Below, piece after piece: positions 39,372-48,810 of a stretch of 64,000 bases of DNA; positions within the stretch are counted from its first letter, which is position 1, and the number at the start of each line of letters is the position of its first letter. The DNA is from a virus. Below the pieces are notes generated by a model. That model did no database searches. It had not been told where the DNA came from and worked only from the letters and a program-made list of their open reading frames with translations. Position numbers and translations under genes: made by a program. Where the stretch lies: positions 4,245-68,244 of the IMG/VR virus record IMGVR_UViG_3300021962_007022; one strand, 5' to 3'.

Positions 39372-39520
39372 TAGATGTAGTCCTCGAGATCATCCCAACC
39401 GCCAAGGCGGCTCTCAATCCAAGCGAGTTGCTCTTGCTCCTCGCGCTTGACGTCAATATCACCCTGGACGAGTTCGTACTCGTTCCAGGCCTCTTGTTCA
39501 ATTGCAGTTATTGTTTCCAT
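39371..39520 (-). CDS. Hypothetical acidic early protein (true start METIT)
   Basis: ATG 7 nt after promoter -10. Confidence 0.55.
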   Translation of the reverse strand: METITAIEQEAWNEYELVQGDIDVKREEQEQLAWIESRLGGWDDLEDYI

Positions 39521-39620
39521 GTCGCCCACTATACGCGAATGGTCAATTAAGGCAACACGTAAAATCAAGGAGTTAGTAACTGCTTGATTCTAAAGGAACT
39601 GTAACTTATTGATTCTACAG
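39521..39620 (-). promoter_or_regulatory. Repeated early-promoter cassette copy 1 with three IHF-consensus boxes
   Basis: GTGTTGCC..N..CGCGTATAGTGGGCGAC-ATG; WATCAANNNNTTR at 39563-39575 (+), 39577-39589 (-), 39602-39614 (-). Confidence 0.75.
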
Positions 39621-39631
39621 GGATTTTGGAA

Positions 39632-40213
39632 TTACGTGTTTCTGACGGCTGCTAGCAGGCATTGGGTAGCCTGTTTTTCGTTAGATATGAAGTGGTCTAA
39701 GACCTGGAACCTGGAATCGATGTATTTGCCAAATTCATCGAACGTCCACTCTCTTACATGGCAGACGTTATCAGGTGGACCATCATAGCCTCTTGGGAAC
39801 AACATTCGCTCTGGAGTAGAGAAGACAATCAGTTTTGGATTTGCTTGTTCGATTGTATCCAAGAGAGGGTCTGGATCAGGAATGTGTTCAATGACATCAG
39901 AACAGATGATCATATCATAGCCATGAAAGACTTCAAAACTATCAGACCAGTCTCTATTTGGATAAGTCGCTCTTAACCAATTAACAGTCGGCGTAAGATC
40001 AGTGCCAAGTGTCTTTACGTCACCAAAGTTCTTCAAGAGCTTATAACCAGACCCTGTGCCTATATCCCAAACACTTTTAAGATTGTGAAGATTGAATTGA
40101 AGACGAGCATACTCATAGACTTCCTTCTGCCATTCGTCCTTCATGTTCGTATCATTGTAGAACATGTTCTCTAAACGAACCTTATAGCCTTCTCTTATAA
40201 AATAGTTTTTCAT
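39632..40213 (-). CDS. Class I SAM-dependent methyltransferase
   Basis: VWDIGTGSG, DMIICSDVIEHI, HVREWT. Confidence 0.85.
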   Translation of the reverse strand: MKNYFIREGYKVRLENMFYNDTNMKDEWQKEVYEYARLQFNLHNLKSVWDIGTGSGYKLLKNFGDVKTLGTDLTPTVNWLRATYPNRDWSDSFEVFHGYDMIICSDVIEHIPDPDPLLDTIEQANPKLIVFSTPERMLFPRGYDGPPDNVCHVREWTFDEFGKYIDSRFQVLDHFISNEKQATQCLLAAVRNT

Positions 40214-40836
40214 AGTTTGTGTATCACCAAAGATCCGTCTTCTATTGATAGGTTGTAGTCTTCTTCTACGTTGGCCAAGTATTCATCCACAGCCAACTTA
40301 CATCCAGGCCAGTCTGAGTAATCATCTACAATGATATAGCCACCTTTGACGACTCTTGGAAAGAGGACTTCCATTTCAATCTTGGTAGAAGAGTACCAGT
40401 CTGTATCCAATCTACAAAGAGCGATTGCCTCTGGCCCAAATACTTCTAGTGTATCTTCTACTTTACCTTCAATAAGGTAGCAATGGTCACTGTACGTTTT
40501 TGTTACTTGTCTTAGTGTGTCTCTAACGATATCAATCCCAGCTCTACACCAATCTGAATACTCACCATCCTTCAATTCGCTGTATCGTCTTAAAGCATCT
40601 GGATGATCCTTATCACCAGGCTCTGGCATACCTTCAAATGTATCATAGATAAAGATTAGCTTACTAACATTATGATCTAATACATGCTGTAACATGAGGG
40701 CAGCAAGTCCGCCCCTCCACGTACCGCATTCTACAATATCGCCGCCAAGGTTGTTTATCTTAGGTAGTATATTTCGAAGAGATTGGATTCTCTTCTCACT
40801 ACACATTGTGTTATTCTTTACTATTGTCTCTATCAT
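40210..40836 (-). CDS. TylF/MycF-family O-methyltransferase
   Basis: GDIVECGTWRGG, YDTFEGMP, RLDTDWYSST, GGYIIVDDY. Confidence 0.9.
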   Translation of the reverse strand: MIETIVKNNTMCSEKRIQSLRNILPKINNLGGDIVECGTWRGGLAALMLQHVLDHNVSKLIFIYDTFEGMPEPGDKDHPDALRRYSELKDGEYSDWCRAGIDIVRDTLRQVTKTYSDHCYLIEGKVEDTLEVFGPEAIALCRLDTDWYSSTKIEMEVLFPRVVKGGYIIVDDYSDWPGCKLAVDEYLANVEEDYNLSIEDGSLVIHKL

Positions 40837-41053
40837 GCTGTTCCTTAATGATCGCTTCATACTGACGGAACAGCTCATCGAACTTTGCATTATAGAGTGC
40901 TTCGATACCAATTAGCATGTTGGCAATCTTATCTTCTCTACCAGTCTCAAGAGGAGCGTCCATAAGATATTTAGCCACAGTCTTAACGTCACTCGTGACA
41001 TTCCAGCATTCCATGATCTGCTGCTCAAATTCAAAACGATCAAACTTCTTCAT
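40811..41053 (-). CDS. Hypothetical phage protein (DRFEFEQQIMECW)
   Basis: ATGA coupling. Confidence 0.6.
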   Translation of the reverse strand: MKKFDRFEFEQQIMECWNVTSDVKTVAKYLMDAPLETGREDKIANMLIGIEALYNAKFDELFRQYEAIIKEQHDRDNSKE

Positions 41054-41247
41054 TTTCCAAGCATCTCCTTTCGTTCTTTCCACCAACGAATCGCTTCTTT
41101 GATTTCAGCCATTTGTTGTAATCGAATGTCGTCCATGATACCCATTCCAAGAAACTCAGATTCCATGTTTCGTTTCGTCATTTCCCAAAGTTTGTCATGG
41201 TGCTTTTGCAGAACATCAAGAACGACATCGTATTCTTTTTCGGTCAT
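41050..41247 (-). CDS. Hypothetical protein
   Basis: Coupled ORF. Confidence 0.55.
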   Translation of the reverse strand: MTEKEYDVVLDVLQKHHDKLWEMTKRNMESEFLGMGIMDDIRLQQMAEIKEAIRWWKERKEMLGK

Positions 41248-41615
41248 AAAAAGTAATCTCTTATCTTTGCATCAGCATCTTCAATTCCAAACTTGACACA
41301 GAATGCCTTGAGCAATCTTTCATCATGATCAGATGCCATAATAGAATTGTGAATTGCCAAGTATCCAGCCAACTGAGCAGGGGCATAGGCTTCTGGACCA
41401 AACCCAAATACATCATAAAGAACATAACGATATGTTCCTCTATCCTCAATCTCACCCTTATAGATTCTTCGTGAGATAGCACAGAATGCTTTTAACTGGT
41501 CATCTTTAGAAAGACTGTTCCAAAAGTCTTCTGATTCCTTCTCAACCTCGGCCATCGCCTCATTAAAGATCTTACTAATCTCTTCTAGTGATTTAAGACG
41601 GTCTTCATTGCTCAT
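41244..41615 (-). CDS. Hypothetical phage protein (GTYRYVLYDVFGFGP)
   Basis: RBS GGAGAAGGTG before 41615. Confidence 0.6.
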   Translation of the reverse strand: MSNEDRLKSLEEISKIFNEAMAEVEKESEDFWNSLSKDDQLKAFCAISRRIYKGEIEDRGTYRYVLYDVFGFGPEAYAPAQLAGYLAIHNSIMASDHDERLLKAFCVKFGIEDADAKIRDYFL

Positions 41616-41835
41616 CACCTTCTCCATAATACTTCAACACAGTCTTGAACGCATCAATATGTCGTTTGATCTCAGCAATGTCTTTCTTCTTATTTTCATG
41701 AAAGATTGCCATGCCAGTTCCAGCCTTGCGCTTCTCAAGATCGTCTTCAAGACTCTCAGCAACACCCTTCATTGAGCAAGTTGTGATCTTGTCCATTGTA
41801 TCCCAATCAAGTTCAACTGTAATCTTCTTGTTCAT
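41605..41835 (-). CDS. Hypothetical protein
   Basis: GGAG RBS, ATGA coupling. Confidence 0.55.
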   Translation of the reverse strand: MNKKITVELDWDTMDKITTCSMKGVAESLEDDLEKRKAGTGMAIFHENKKKDIAEIKRHIDAFKTVLKYYGEGDEQ

Positions 41836-42125
41836 TTGTCCATCTCCCACTCTGGTGTATGGTGCCATTGAATCTTGGGATTTGTTTTCTCATATTCAGA
41901 AACCAACATTCTAAGAGTCCACATATAATCAGTTTCAAAAGTATCTAACCAATCACTAAAACGACCCCAGTCCTCTGACTTCATGGGTGGCAATCCTATT
42001 TCATCAGGATACAATCCCTCACCGTAAATGTCAATGCGACCAGCGCACCAACCTTCACCGTGTTGCTTTATCCACTCAAGGTTGATTGGTCCCATCAAGT
42101 TTGTCGAATAGCAAACACCATTCAT
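41832..42125 (-). CDS. Hypothetical protein
   Basis: Coupled ORF. Confidence 0.55.
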   Translation of the reverse strand: MNGVCYSTNLMGPINLEWIKQHGEGWCAGRIDIYGEGLYPDEIGLPPMKSEDWGRFSDWLDTFETDYMWTLRMLVSEYEKTNPKIQWHHTPEWEMDK

Positions 42126-42238
42126 TGCTTTATCCAAAAACATCGAATCATGATTGGTCCAATGCGAAAGTCGCGATAAGGATTACCATTATTGAATCGC
42201 GCTGTTGATCCAAAAGACCATCGCTTGACCCAATGCAT
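42122..42238 (-). CDS. 38-aa hypothetical protein MHWVKRWSFG... (not in ORF track)
   Basis: GAGG RBS; stop overlaps next ATG. Confidence 0.4.
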   Translation of the reverse strand: MHWVKRWSFGSTARFNNGNPYRDFRIGPIMIRCFWIKQ

Positions 42239-42239
42239 A

Positions 42240-42689
42240 TCAAACTTCACCGTAGACCTCAAACTGAAACTCGCCATCGACAACAGTCACCTTGACCAAC
42301 TTACCATCAGCGTTGTTACCACTGGTGCGCAAATAGTCGCGACCACCATCAATCATGTATGGTCCCTTCTGAACACAATCGTGCCGATAGCGACTGACAA
42401 TCACCTCACCATCTTCCGTCAGCAAGCCAGTGATCGGTTCGCTGAATGCACTTTTGGCATCTGTAATCATCACACCCTGTCCTGGAACCGTGAAGATTCC
42501 AAAGTAGTGTGAGTGACCCTTGGACAAATCAGGATTTGGTTGATAGAAAACATCAACAGGCATCTCGCTCCAACTGCCACCACGCTTAATTGCCCAGTAT
42601 CCCATGTACTCGGCTTTGTACTGCTCTTCGATAATGTTGAGGGCATACTTGTGGTCAAAGTGATACGATTCAGGCGTTTTGATAAACAT
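42240..42689 (-). CDS. Conserved phage hypothetical protein (SRYRHD...IDGGRDY)
   Basis: ORF, motif common in large phages. Confidence 0.6.
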   Translation of the reverse strand: MFIKTPESYHFDHKYALNIIEEQYKAEYMGYWAIKRGGSWSEMPVDVFYQPNPDLSKGHSHYFGIFTVPGQGVMITDAKSAFSEPITGLLTEDGEVIVSRYRHDCVQKGPYMIDGGRDYLRTSGNNADGKLVKVTVVDGEFQFEVYGEV

Positions 42690-42921
42690 CTTCTACCCTA
42701 TCATTAAAATATCTAAACAATGCTGAGCCAATACTGCTTGGAATGGTATGTCCATATTCAGTTACATATTTTAGGTTTTGTTTGTTGTGTTGGTCTGCAA
42801 TACAAATATTATATACAACTTTCTCTTTACCAGAGAATGTGTAGATAATGTATCTGAAGATACCAATTTGGTGTGGTAATCTATCATCGTATAAGAAGAT
42901 AACTTTCGGTACTTTGTTCAT
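42670..42921 (-). CDS. Hypothetical protein, leaderless
   Basis: ATG 6 nt after TATAAT. Confidence 0.5.
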   Translation of the reverse strand: MNKVPKVIFLYDDRLPHQIGIFRYIIYTFSGKEKVVYNICIADQHNKQNLKYVTEYGHTIPSSIGSALFRYFNDRVEDVYQNA

Positions 42922-42927
42922 ACAATT

Positions 42928-42956
42928 ATTATACTACAGCTTTGTTGTTAGGACAA
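42928..42956 (-). promoter_or_regulatory. sigma70-type promoter, leaderless
   Basis: TTGTCC-N17-TATAAT-N6-ATG. Confidence 0.65.
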
Positions 42957-42963
42957 GTCTTTT

Positions 42964-43356
42964 CTAACTAAATTCTCTTGAGCAAAACGAATAACCTTCT
43001 GGATCATCCCAATCATACTCTGGGTTGAACCAGCCTTCTTTACGACCTTCTTCGTTGTGAACCTTTACCTTGCGACCTTGTGGGTGATACTCATTCACAA
43101 TCACATAGTTCGGATGTGTATGGACTTCTACCAGTTCAACAAACTTATCAAATGAAATTTGTTCACCATACTCATCATAGATGATTTTGTCAGTAAGATA
43201 CTCTTTCCACTTTTGCCAAGTGGTCAGACCATCGTACTTGTAACCTTGGAAAGAGAATGCCCAACCATACGAACTCTTGCCGATATGATATTTTTCATCA
43301 TATCGCTTACAGCATTCGCAAACATTATCAACAACATAATAATTAGTGCCCATCAT
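42964..43356 (-). CDS. Conserved phage hypothetical protein (MGTNYY...HIGKSSYGWAF)
   Basis: ORF with GGAG RBS. Confidence 0.65.
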   Translation of the reverse strand: MMGTNYYVVDNVCECCKRYDEKYHIGKSSYGWAFSFQGYKYDGLTTWQKWKEYLTDKIIYDEYGEQISFDKFVELVEVHTHPNYVIVNEYHPQGRKVKVHNEEGRKEGWFNPEYDWDDPEGYSFCSREFS

Positions 43357-43574
43357 TCAACTCCGAAATGTTTCATTACTGATTCTTTCACAGGTTGATA
43401 TACTTCAAACCTTTCGTCCTCAATCTTGGCAAACACTTCCCGAACAATCAACTCGGCGAACTTTTCTAACGCAATAGATGTTTTGGTATCCATTCTTTTA
43501 TTGTTACCATCGGTAACAGTTACATCAGAACGGAATCCAGCCTGCTCAGCAAGTTGTCGAATTCGTTCGTTCAT
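43353..43574 (-). CDS. Hypothetical phage protein (MNERIRQLAEQAG...EKFAELIVRE)
   Basis: Coupled ORF; motif frequent in phage early regions. Confidence 0.65.
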   Translation of the reverse strand: MNERIRQLAEQAGFRSDVTVTDGNNKRMDTKTSIALEKFAELIVREVFAKIEDERFEVYQPVKESVMKHFGVE

Positions 43575-43996
43575 TGCACGCTCCGATAAGTCTGTTCTGT
43601 TTCGCGAATCCAGAACGCAGCAGCTTCTGAGTCAGAATCCCAATCCGCATCAGCATCATACTGACGCAATACCTGCTCTGTCGTGAGTAGGTCATCTAGA
43701 TACGAACGACCAAACTGCGCAAGACGTTCCTGAACATCTTCACACGCAAAGTCTGAATCCCAATCAAACTCAGCTTGGAACGAATCGCAGTGATCGCAAG
43801 AGCCAAACGCACCCTGCACCCAACCACGTTCACCCTGATACTCAACTAGCGCGACCCATGAGCCTTGCCAGTCACCAAACTCCTGGAACGAGATTACTCG
43901 CGCACCAGCAGCCTCTAATGCTTGTTCGTATGACATTTTGTATTCAAACCCTTCTAAATTTCTATCGGCGATCTGCCTCTTACGTGAAAGAGACAT
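43571..43996 (-). CDS. Hypothetical protein with GSCDHCD motif
   Basis: Coupled ORF. Confidence 0.6.
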   Translation of the reverse strand: MSLSRKRQIADRNLEGFEYKMSYEQALEAAGARVISFQEFGDWQGSWVALVEYQGERGWVQGAFGSCDHCDSFQAEFDWDSDFACEDVQERLAQFGRSYLDDLLTTEQVLRQYDADADWDSDSEAAAFWIRETEQTYRSVQ

Positions 43997-44247
43997 TACG
44001 CACCAGTCGACTTAACAGCTACGACTCGAACGTAGCAATTGCCAGTCGTGTATACTTGATTACTAAATCCTGCTTCTTGCAACTTACTCTTAATCATATC
44101 CAAAGCAGCATCAACGTTAGTTGGAAAGAAGAAGCCAAGAGTCCGCATATCAGGATCAGCCACAGTGTTTGTAAAAAGAGGACTAATCGAAAACGTCTGC
44201 TTGAAAAGCTTCCGAATCTGTTTTGTATTAGCGATTGTTGTATTCAT
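43996..44247 (-). CDS. Hypothetical protein
   Basis: TAATG coupling. Confidence 0.55.
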   Translation of the reverse strand: MNTTIANTKQIRKLFKQTFSISPLFTNTVADPDMRTLGFFFPTNVDAALDMIKSKLQEAGFSNQVYTTGNCYVRVVAVKSTGA

Positions 44248-44561
44248 TAGAGTCCCACCCATCGATGATTGACATATGAGCTAGTATTCAAAATATTACC
44301 ACGAGCAAAGTTCTTTGCAGGTTGTGCCCAAGAAGCAGCCTTCAGAATGTCACCATACTTCCAGCCATCATGTTCCTTGATGCAGATGAAACTATGCACC
44401 GAACGTGAGCCCCAAGAATTGGAGACAACCTTCAGAAACTTGCGACCACGATCAAATGACACTTGATAGTGACCCTCTGAGCCCGTCTTGTTATACGTTG
44501 CAACAAGATGGTCAGCATACTTATAAAGAGCCATGTCAAAATCATAATTTTCAAACAACAT
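44247..44561 (-). CDS. Conserved phage early protein (GRKFLKV...SVHSFI...GDILKAASW.QPAK)
   Basis: GAGG RBS. Confidence 0.65.
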   Translation of the reverse strand: MLFENYDFDMALYKYADHLVATYNKTGSEGHYQVSFDRGRKFLKVVSNSWGSRSVHSFICIKEHDGWKYGDILKAASWAQPAKNFARGNILNTSSYVNHRWVGL

Positions 44562-44573
44562 TGTATAATCCTC

Positions 44574-44957
44574 TTAGGCAGCCATGTCACCAATATTACG
44601 ACCACTCAGATAACCATATGGCACGCCGAGATTGTATTCGAGATACTCGATGTTGCCGTTTGTGTCATGCTGTTCGTGGAGATAGCGAATCGCGTCCTCA
44701 CGAGTCGAGCCGGCGACCGTCGACAATATGAACTTGATTTGATCTTCAAGGTCATGGATAGCCTCGATCTGCATCTCGCGCTCGTTCTCGACAGCACGGT
44801 CAAGATCATCGAGCAATCCATCCCAGATCCGCTGCTTGTCATCGCTGTTGCAAGCGTCCCAATGAGCCCAGAAGTATTCTCCAGGACGGCTGCCATAGGC
44901 ATCCTTGTGGAGGTCGGAAACGATGTTCTCGTCAAATGTGTATTCGCGTTTGTTCAT
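44574..44957 (-). CDS. Hypothetical early protein (SDLHKDAYGSRP), leaderless
   Basis: ATG 7 nt after promoter -10; elevated GC. Confidence 0.65.
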   Translation of the reverse strand: MNKREYTFDENIVSDLHKDAYGSRPGEYFWAHWDACNSDDKQRIWDGLLDDLDRAVENEREMQIEAIHDLEDQIKFILSTVAGSTREDAIRYLHEQHDTNGNIEYLEYNLGVPYGYLSGRNIGDMAA

Positions 44958-45070
44958 GTCGCCCACTATACGCGGTTGGTCAATTAAGACAACACGTAGA
45001 ATCAAGGAGTTACAAAATCTACAGTAACTCGTTGATTTTTAAGGATTCGTAACCTATTGATTCTAAAGGA
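44958..45070 (-). promoter_or_regulatory. Repeated early-promoter cassette copy 2 with three IHF-consensus boxes
   Basis: Near-identical to 39521-39620; boxes at 45000-45012 (+), 45025-45037 (-), 45050-45062 (-). Confidence 0.75.
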
Positions 45071-45797
45071 CTTTTTTAAACACGTATAAAGTGGGCCATC
45101 TAGGGTGTGCTTTCCACCCACCAAGCGCTTTCATCTGCCACTTATCCTGGATATGAGGTGTAATTGATTGTACAGTATGTCGTTGGAAAATGAAGGACTT
45201 CATTCCACTATCATTTTCTGGATCATCATTATTGACTGGACGAATAGAATGTTTATCGACATCAATAGGATTCCCTTCGAATACAGGTTTAAGTCTATAG
45301 TTGATGTCATACTCCATCGTTTGTTGTTTACTATTATTCACATACAAAGTAACAATAAATTTACCACCGATGTTAAAGTGTGGGTGGATTTGATCAAGAC
45401 ACTCAATAAGTTTGTATAGAGGTAGGTGGGTAAAGACTGATTGAGCAATGCCCATATCAAACTTAACATTGAACTTGCTAATATCAAAATTACTATTGAC
45501 ATCAAAGTTATCATAGGATGAGTGTAATCCAACAGCAGGGAGTTCAATATCTAACCCTGCATCAATCATTTCTCTATGCTTATCAATACCAAAATAATTA
45601 GCACCAATATGCCTAATGAAATGAACACCACCCCTCAGTGATCCACAACCAATATCAATGAATTTCATGTGATGATGAAGGCCATGCTCGATGCATAGAT
45701 CAAACTGTAGCCTGCCAATCGTATCCCATACCTCAGGACAATCACTACCTGTGAAAATTCTATGGTCTTGATTGTTGATATGATACTTAGAATTCAT
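45063..45797 (-). CDS. Class I SAM-dependent methyltransferase
   Basis: FIDIGCGSLRGG, YFGID, AQSVFTHL. Confidence 0.85.
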   Translation of the reverse strand: MNSKYHINNQDHRIFTGSDCPEVWDTIGRLQFDLCIEHGLHHHMKFIDIGCGSLRGGVHFIRHIGANYFGIDKHREMIDAGLDIELPAVGLHSSYDNFDVNSNFDISKFNVKFDMGIAQSVFTHLPLYKLIECLDQIHPHFNIGGKFIVTLYVNNSKQQTMEYDINYRLKPVFEGNPIDVDKHSIRPVNNDDPENDSGMKSFIFQRHTVQSITPHIQDKWQMKALGGWKAHPRWPTLYVFKKVL

Positions 45798-46350
45798 TTG
45801 CTAATAAATTTTTATAGTCAATAGTTGATATTGGGTTAGGCATTAGATCAACCATCAAATGAACTCGACCAATATCAGTTGGATTGATAACGCTATGTTC
45901 CACAACATTATTAATCTCATAAACATTGCCAGCCTCTAGATGGAATTTTTCACTATCAAGAACAAATACTATCTTCGAATCTGTTATAATTGGAATGTGT
46001 ATTCTATGCGTATCAATAAACCATCCACCATCAGTGTGGGGAATGATATTTGTTTTCGGCTTCAGTTTAACAAGAACAATAGCAGCAGCTTTTGTATTAT
46101 AAAAGCTTTCGAGATTATTGACCAGTGGTCTGATTGCCTTCCAGATATCTGTATCTTGGTTGTACAGCTTTGGCTTCTCACCATACTCAGAGAACATGAA
46201 TGGGTAGGACTCTGTGGCAGCATGGACTTTATATCTATTCTGCCTCAGGTCCCATTCCATCCATTGCTCGCTGGTTAGAGCATTTACGCACTCTTCAATC
46301 TTTGAGGTATCAACCTTTCCAATCTTATAGAGTAAGCCTGGCAGCCTCAT
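45787..46350 (-). CDS. Aspartyl/asparaginyl beta-hydroxylase-like 2OG-Fe(II) enzyme
   Basis: IIPHTD, HRIHIPIIT, EINN..HSVIN, RVHLMVD. Confidence 0.82.
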   Translation of the reverse strand: MRLPGLLYKIGKVDTSKIEECVNALTSEQWMEWDLRQNRYKVHAATESYPFMFSEYGEKPKLYNQDTDIWKAIRPLVNNLESFYNTKAAAIVLVKLKPKTNIIPHTDGGWFIDTHRIHIPIITDSKIVFVLDSEKFHLEAGNVYEINNVVEHSVINPTDIGRVHLMVDLMPNPISTIDYKNLLANEF

Positions 46351-46916
46351 TGGATAGGAAAGATTCTACTGTGCTTTGGAATTCTACCAATTAGGAATTC
46401 CATCTGGTCAGCCAAGATCTTTTTATTCCGCAAGATCATCTTTTCGAATATATTAGGAACGTATGGAACATAGAGAAGATGCATCTTAGCCTCTTCTGGA
46501 GTCTTATTACCCTTTCTATGGTTGCATGGCTTACATGCTGCTACAACATTTGTCCAAAGATTCTTACCACCTCTTGATCGAGGGTGGACATGGTCAATAG
46601 TTAATTCTTTAGGCTGAAACTGATTGCCGCAGTAAGCACAAAGGTGGCGATCGCGTGAGTATAAAACATAACGATCAGCATAAATTGACTCTCTATCATA
46701 AAAATGAGAACCAAGGATTGGACCAGAGACTCCAAGGATTGAAGAGATAGTAATCTTCGATTGCTCGCCAAGATAGTTATGGCCACCCAGGAATTCTCTT
46801 ATAGGAGAACCTGCTTCCCAGATAACTTTATCTTTAGCGTAATAGCAAACAGCAGTTTCGAAGTTAACCCAATCTTTTGGGGTACCAGCACTATCAGCAA
46901 TCAATACAAGAGACAC
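46347..46916 (-). CDS. HNH endonuclease
   Basis: RDRHLCAYCG, TIDHVHPRSRGG..WTNVVAACKPCNHRKG. Confidence 0.9.
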   Translation of the reverse strand: MSLVLIADSAGTPKDWVNFETAVCYYAKDKVIWEAGSPIREFLGGHNYLGEQSKITISSILGVSGPILGSHFYDRESIYADRYVLYSRDRHLCAYCGNQFQPKELTIDHVHPRSRGGKNLWTNVVAACKPCNHRKGNKTPEEAKMHLLYVPYVPNIFEKMILRNKKILADQMEFLIGRIPKHSRIFPIQ

Positions 46917-46948
46917 GACAAACTCCTAATGGTCAGTATGTAATATTT

Positions 46949-46977
46949 ATTATACTAGCCCTTAGGTTTAGAATCAA
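46949..46977 (-). promoter_or_regulatory. sigma70-type promoter for HNH gene
   Basis: TTGATT-N17-TATAAT; AGGAG RBS downstream. Confidence 0.6.
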
Positions 46978-47122
46978 CAGCTAACTTTTCTAGTTCTTTC
47001 GTCCAAGCGGTCATACGGACATAATAAGAAAACCGTCTTGGTTCATGAATATGGTTTGGTAGTTGGTCCCCGTATTGTTCAACTAGTTGGTTGAACTTTT
47101 CTAGAACTTCTTCGTTGTCCAT
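46955..47122 (-). CDS. 55-aa hypothetical protein MDNEEVLEKF... (not in ORF track)
   Basis: LPNHIHEPRRFSYYV motif; fills gap. Confidence 0.5.
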   Translation of the reverse strand: MDNEEVLEKFNQLVEQYGDQLPNHIHEPRRFSYYVRMTAWTKELEKLAVDSKPKG

Positions 47123-47234
47123 CTTTCTTCTTTTTATCCTTCTTACCGAAGATCTTTTCCCAGTTCTGTCTATAAGCGTCAGATGCTAACTTTGTCTGAA
47201 TAGTATCACCAGTTACATCATTTTTTGTCGCCAT
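47079..47234 (-). CDS. Small basic phage protein MATKNDVTGD...AYRQNWEKIFGKK (not in ORF track)
   Basis: GGAG upstream; motif common in T4-like phages. Confidence 0.55.
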   Translation of the reverse strand: MATKNDVTGDTIQTKLASDAYRQNWEKIFGKKDKKKKDGQRRSSRKVQPTS

Positions 47235-47745
47235 GTTTTACGTACTCCAGAATTTCGTATTTTGTTGTCCTATCAACAACAGTCTTAAAATATTTGTCGT
47301 TGTTACCTTCTAGAAGATCGATCATCATCTTATCCTTGATGAGCGCCTCTTCATACTTCTGATTCCTTCCAGCCTCAATATAGTTACTTTGTTCTCTCTC
47401 AAGAACGATATTTATATTGGTATACGAATTCCAAACCTCATGGATAAACTTACTAAAATATTCAGGGTAGTAAGTAGGAGGTGTATATGCTAGACCTAAA
47501 AGGATTGGTGAATCTGTAATAACGTAATCGACCTTACCTTTCAATCTAACCAAACGTCTGTTCTGGTGGGCCAGGACATAGAACTCATCATCTAAATAAC
47601 TAAAGTGCCCCTCCCAGGTAACTTCTTTAGCATACTCATTCACTAGTTCTACATTGTGGCCTTCACGCTTCATCATAGCAAAGAGGTCGGCTGCAATTGT
47701 AGACTTGCCAACGCCTGGCCCACCGAACAAATTAATAACTTTCAT
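47218..47745 (-). CDS. P-loop kinase/ATPase (AAA_28, NadR-like)
   Basis: INLFGGPGVGKST, EYAKE, VITDSP. Confidence 0.8.
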   Translation of the reverse strand: MKVINLFGGPGVGKSTIAADLFAMMKREGHNVELVNEYAKEVTWEGHFSYLDDEFYVLAHQNRRLVRLKGKVDYVITDSPILLGLAYTPPTYYPEYFSKFIHEVWNSYTNINIVLEREQSNYIEAGRNQKYEEALIKDKMMIDLLEGNNDKYFKTVVDRTTKYEILEYVKHGDKK

Positions 47746-47969
47746 TCTACTATCTCGACTTCTGATTCTGTAACTACAGCAACTCTGGCACCACAAGATA
47801 GTAGTGGTTTGTCGTTGCCTGAATAGACTACTTCACTTGGACCAAGAATCTTCACCTTCCGACAGTAAGTATTCTTAGATCCTCTCTTAACTGTAATTAC
47901 TGGATCATTATTTCCGTTCTTTTTGTTTGAACGTATCACATGCTGGTTAACATGGATATAGGTCTTCAT
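47742..47969 (-). CDS. Conserved phage protein (IHVNQHVIR...PLLSCGARV)
   Basis: Coupled ORF. Confidence 0.65.
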   Translation of the reverse strand: MKTYIHVNQHVIRSNKKNGNNDPVITVKRGSKNTYCRKVKILGPSEVVYSGNDKPLLSCGARVAVVTESEVEIVE

Positions 47970-48069
47970 GCAAAGAACCAATATGCAATGAATACAAGAA
48001 CAACGATGCCAGCCTCAATGTGGAACATTTTATCCTTCTTGAGGTTTGCCCAAGTAAGCTTCTGCTTCT

Positions 48070-48699
48070 TCACTTGCAATTTCTCCAAACGAAGTCAACT
48101 ACGCTGTATGGAACAAAGATTGTCAGGTCACCATACTTCTCTTCTTCAAATGCGTACTTCTTCAATCCCTTGGCAGGACGACCCATAACAATGCCAACAA
48201 CAGCGCCATCAGACCTAGCAATAACTGGACCACCGCTCATCCCCTTGACAACAATCCCTGTTCCAAGCCAAACCCAATCAACCTTCTCACCGTTCCAGTA
48301 GATAACAGTTCTACGTAATGCTAGGCCAACTGAGTTACTCTCAATCACCATAGTCATCTTACGGTCTTCTGATGTTGCTTCGATCTTGCCCTTATAGGTC
48401 AACTCTTCAAATGCGACTGGGTCGCGCCACTTTGCATATTGGGTTTCTTGCTTAACAAACTTAACATCAAACTCTTTTGATTCGCAGAGTTCGCCTTCGA
48501 TTAAGGCATTGATATGAGCGCTGGTTGCTACAACTTCATTTGTCCAAGGTGCAGCACTACCTTGCTTCATTCTATACTTACCGGTGACAATCTCAGCCAT
48601 AATATCTTGCATGCCTCTTGGCTCTGCAAGCTCATTCTGCTGACCAAATGCTTGACCAACAAGAGCAAAAACCAATAGTAAAGATAACTTATGCTTCAT
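48070..48699 (-). CDS. Secreted trypsin-like serine protease-like protein
   Basis: Signal-peptide-like N-terminus; TSAH and GMSGGP motifs. Confidence 0.6.
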   Translation of the reverse strand: MKHKLSLLLVFALVGQAFGQQNELAEPRGMQDIMAEIVTGKYRMKQGSAAPWTNEVVATSAHINALIEGELCESKEFDVKFVKQETQYAKWRDPVAFEELTYKGKIEATSEDRKMTMVIESNSVGLALRRTVIYWNGEKVDWVWLGTGIVVKGMSGGPVIARSDGAVVGIVMGRPAKGLKKYAFEEEKYGDLTIFVPYSVVDFVWRNCK

Positions 48700-48716
48700 G
48701 TCACTCTCTTATAATA

Positions 48717-48800
48717 TGGTGCCCGGGAGAGGACTCGAACCTCCACGCTTTCGGCGACGGCTTCTAAGACCGTTGCGTCTACCAATTCCGCCACCCGGGC
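48717..48800 (-). tRNA. trnL: tRNA-Leu(TAG)
   Basis: Cloverleaf with long variable arm, encoded CCA. Confidence 0.95.
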
Positions 48801-48810
48801 AATACTGTGT

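Noticed and set aside
39521-45005. N-terminal extensions MILRV... of ORFs starting at 39568 and 45005
   Set aside because: They are translations of the repeated promoter cassette; the true starts are 39520 and 44957
46347-46916. HNH as an intron-encoded homing endonuclease
   Set aside because: Free-standing with own promoter and RBS; no interrupted host gene on either side
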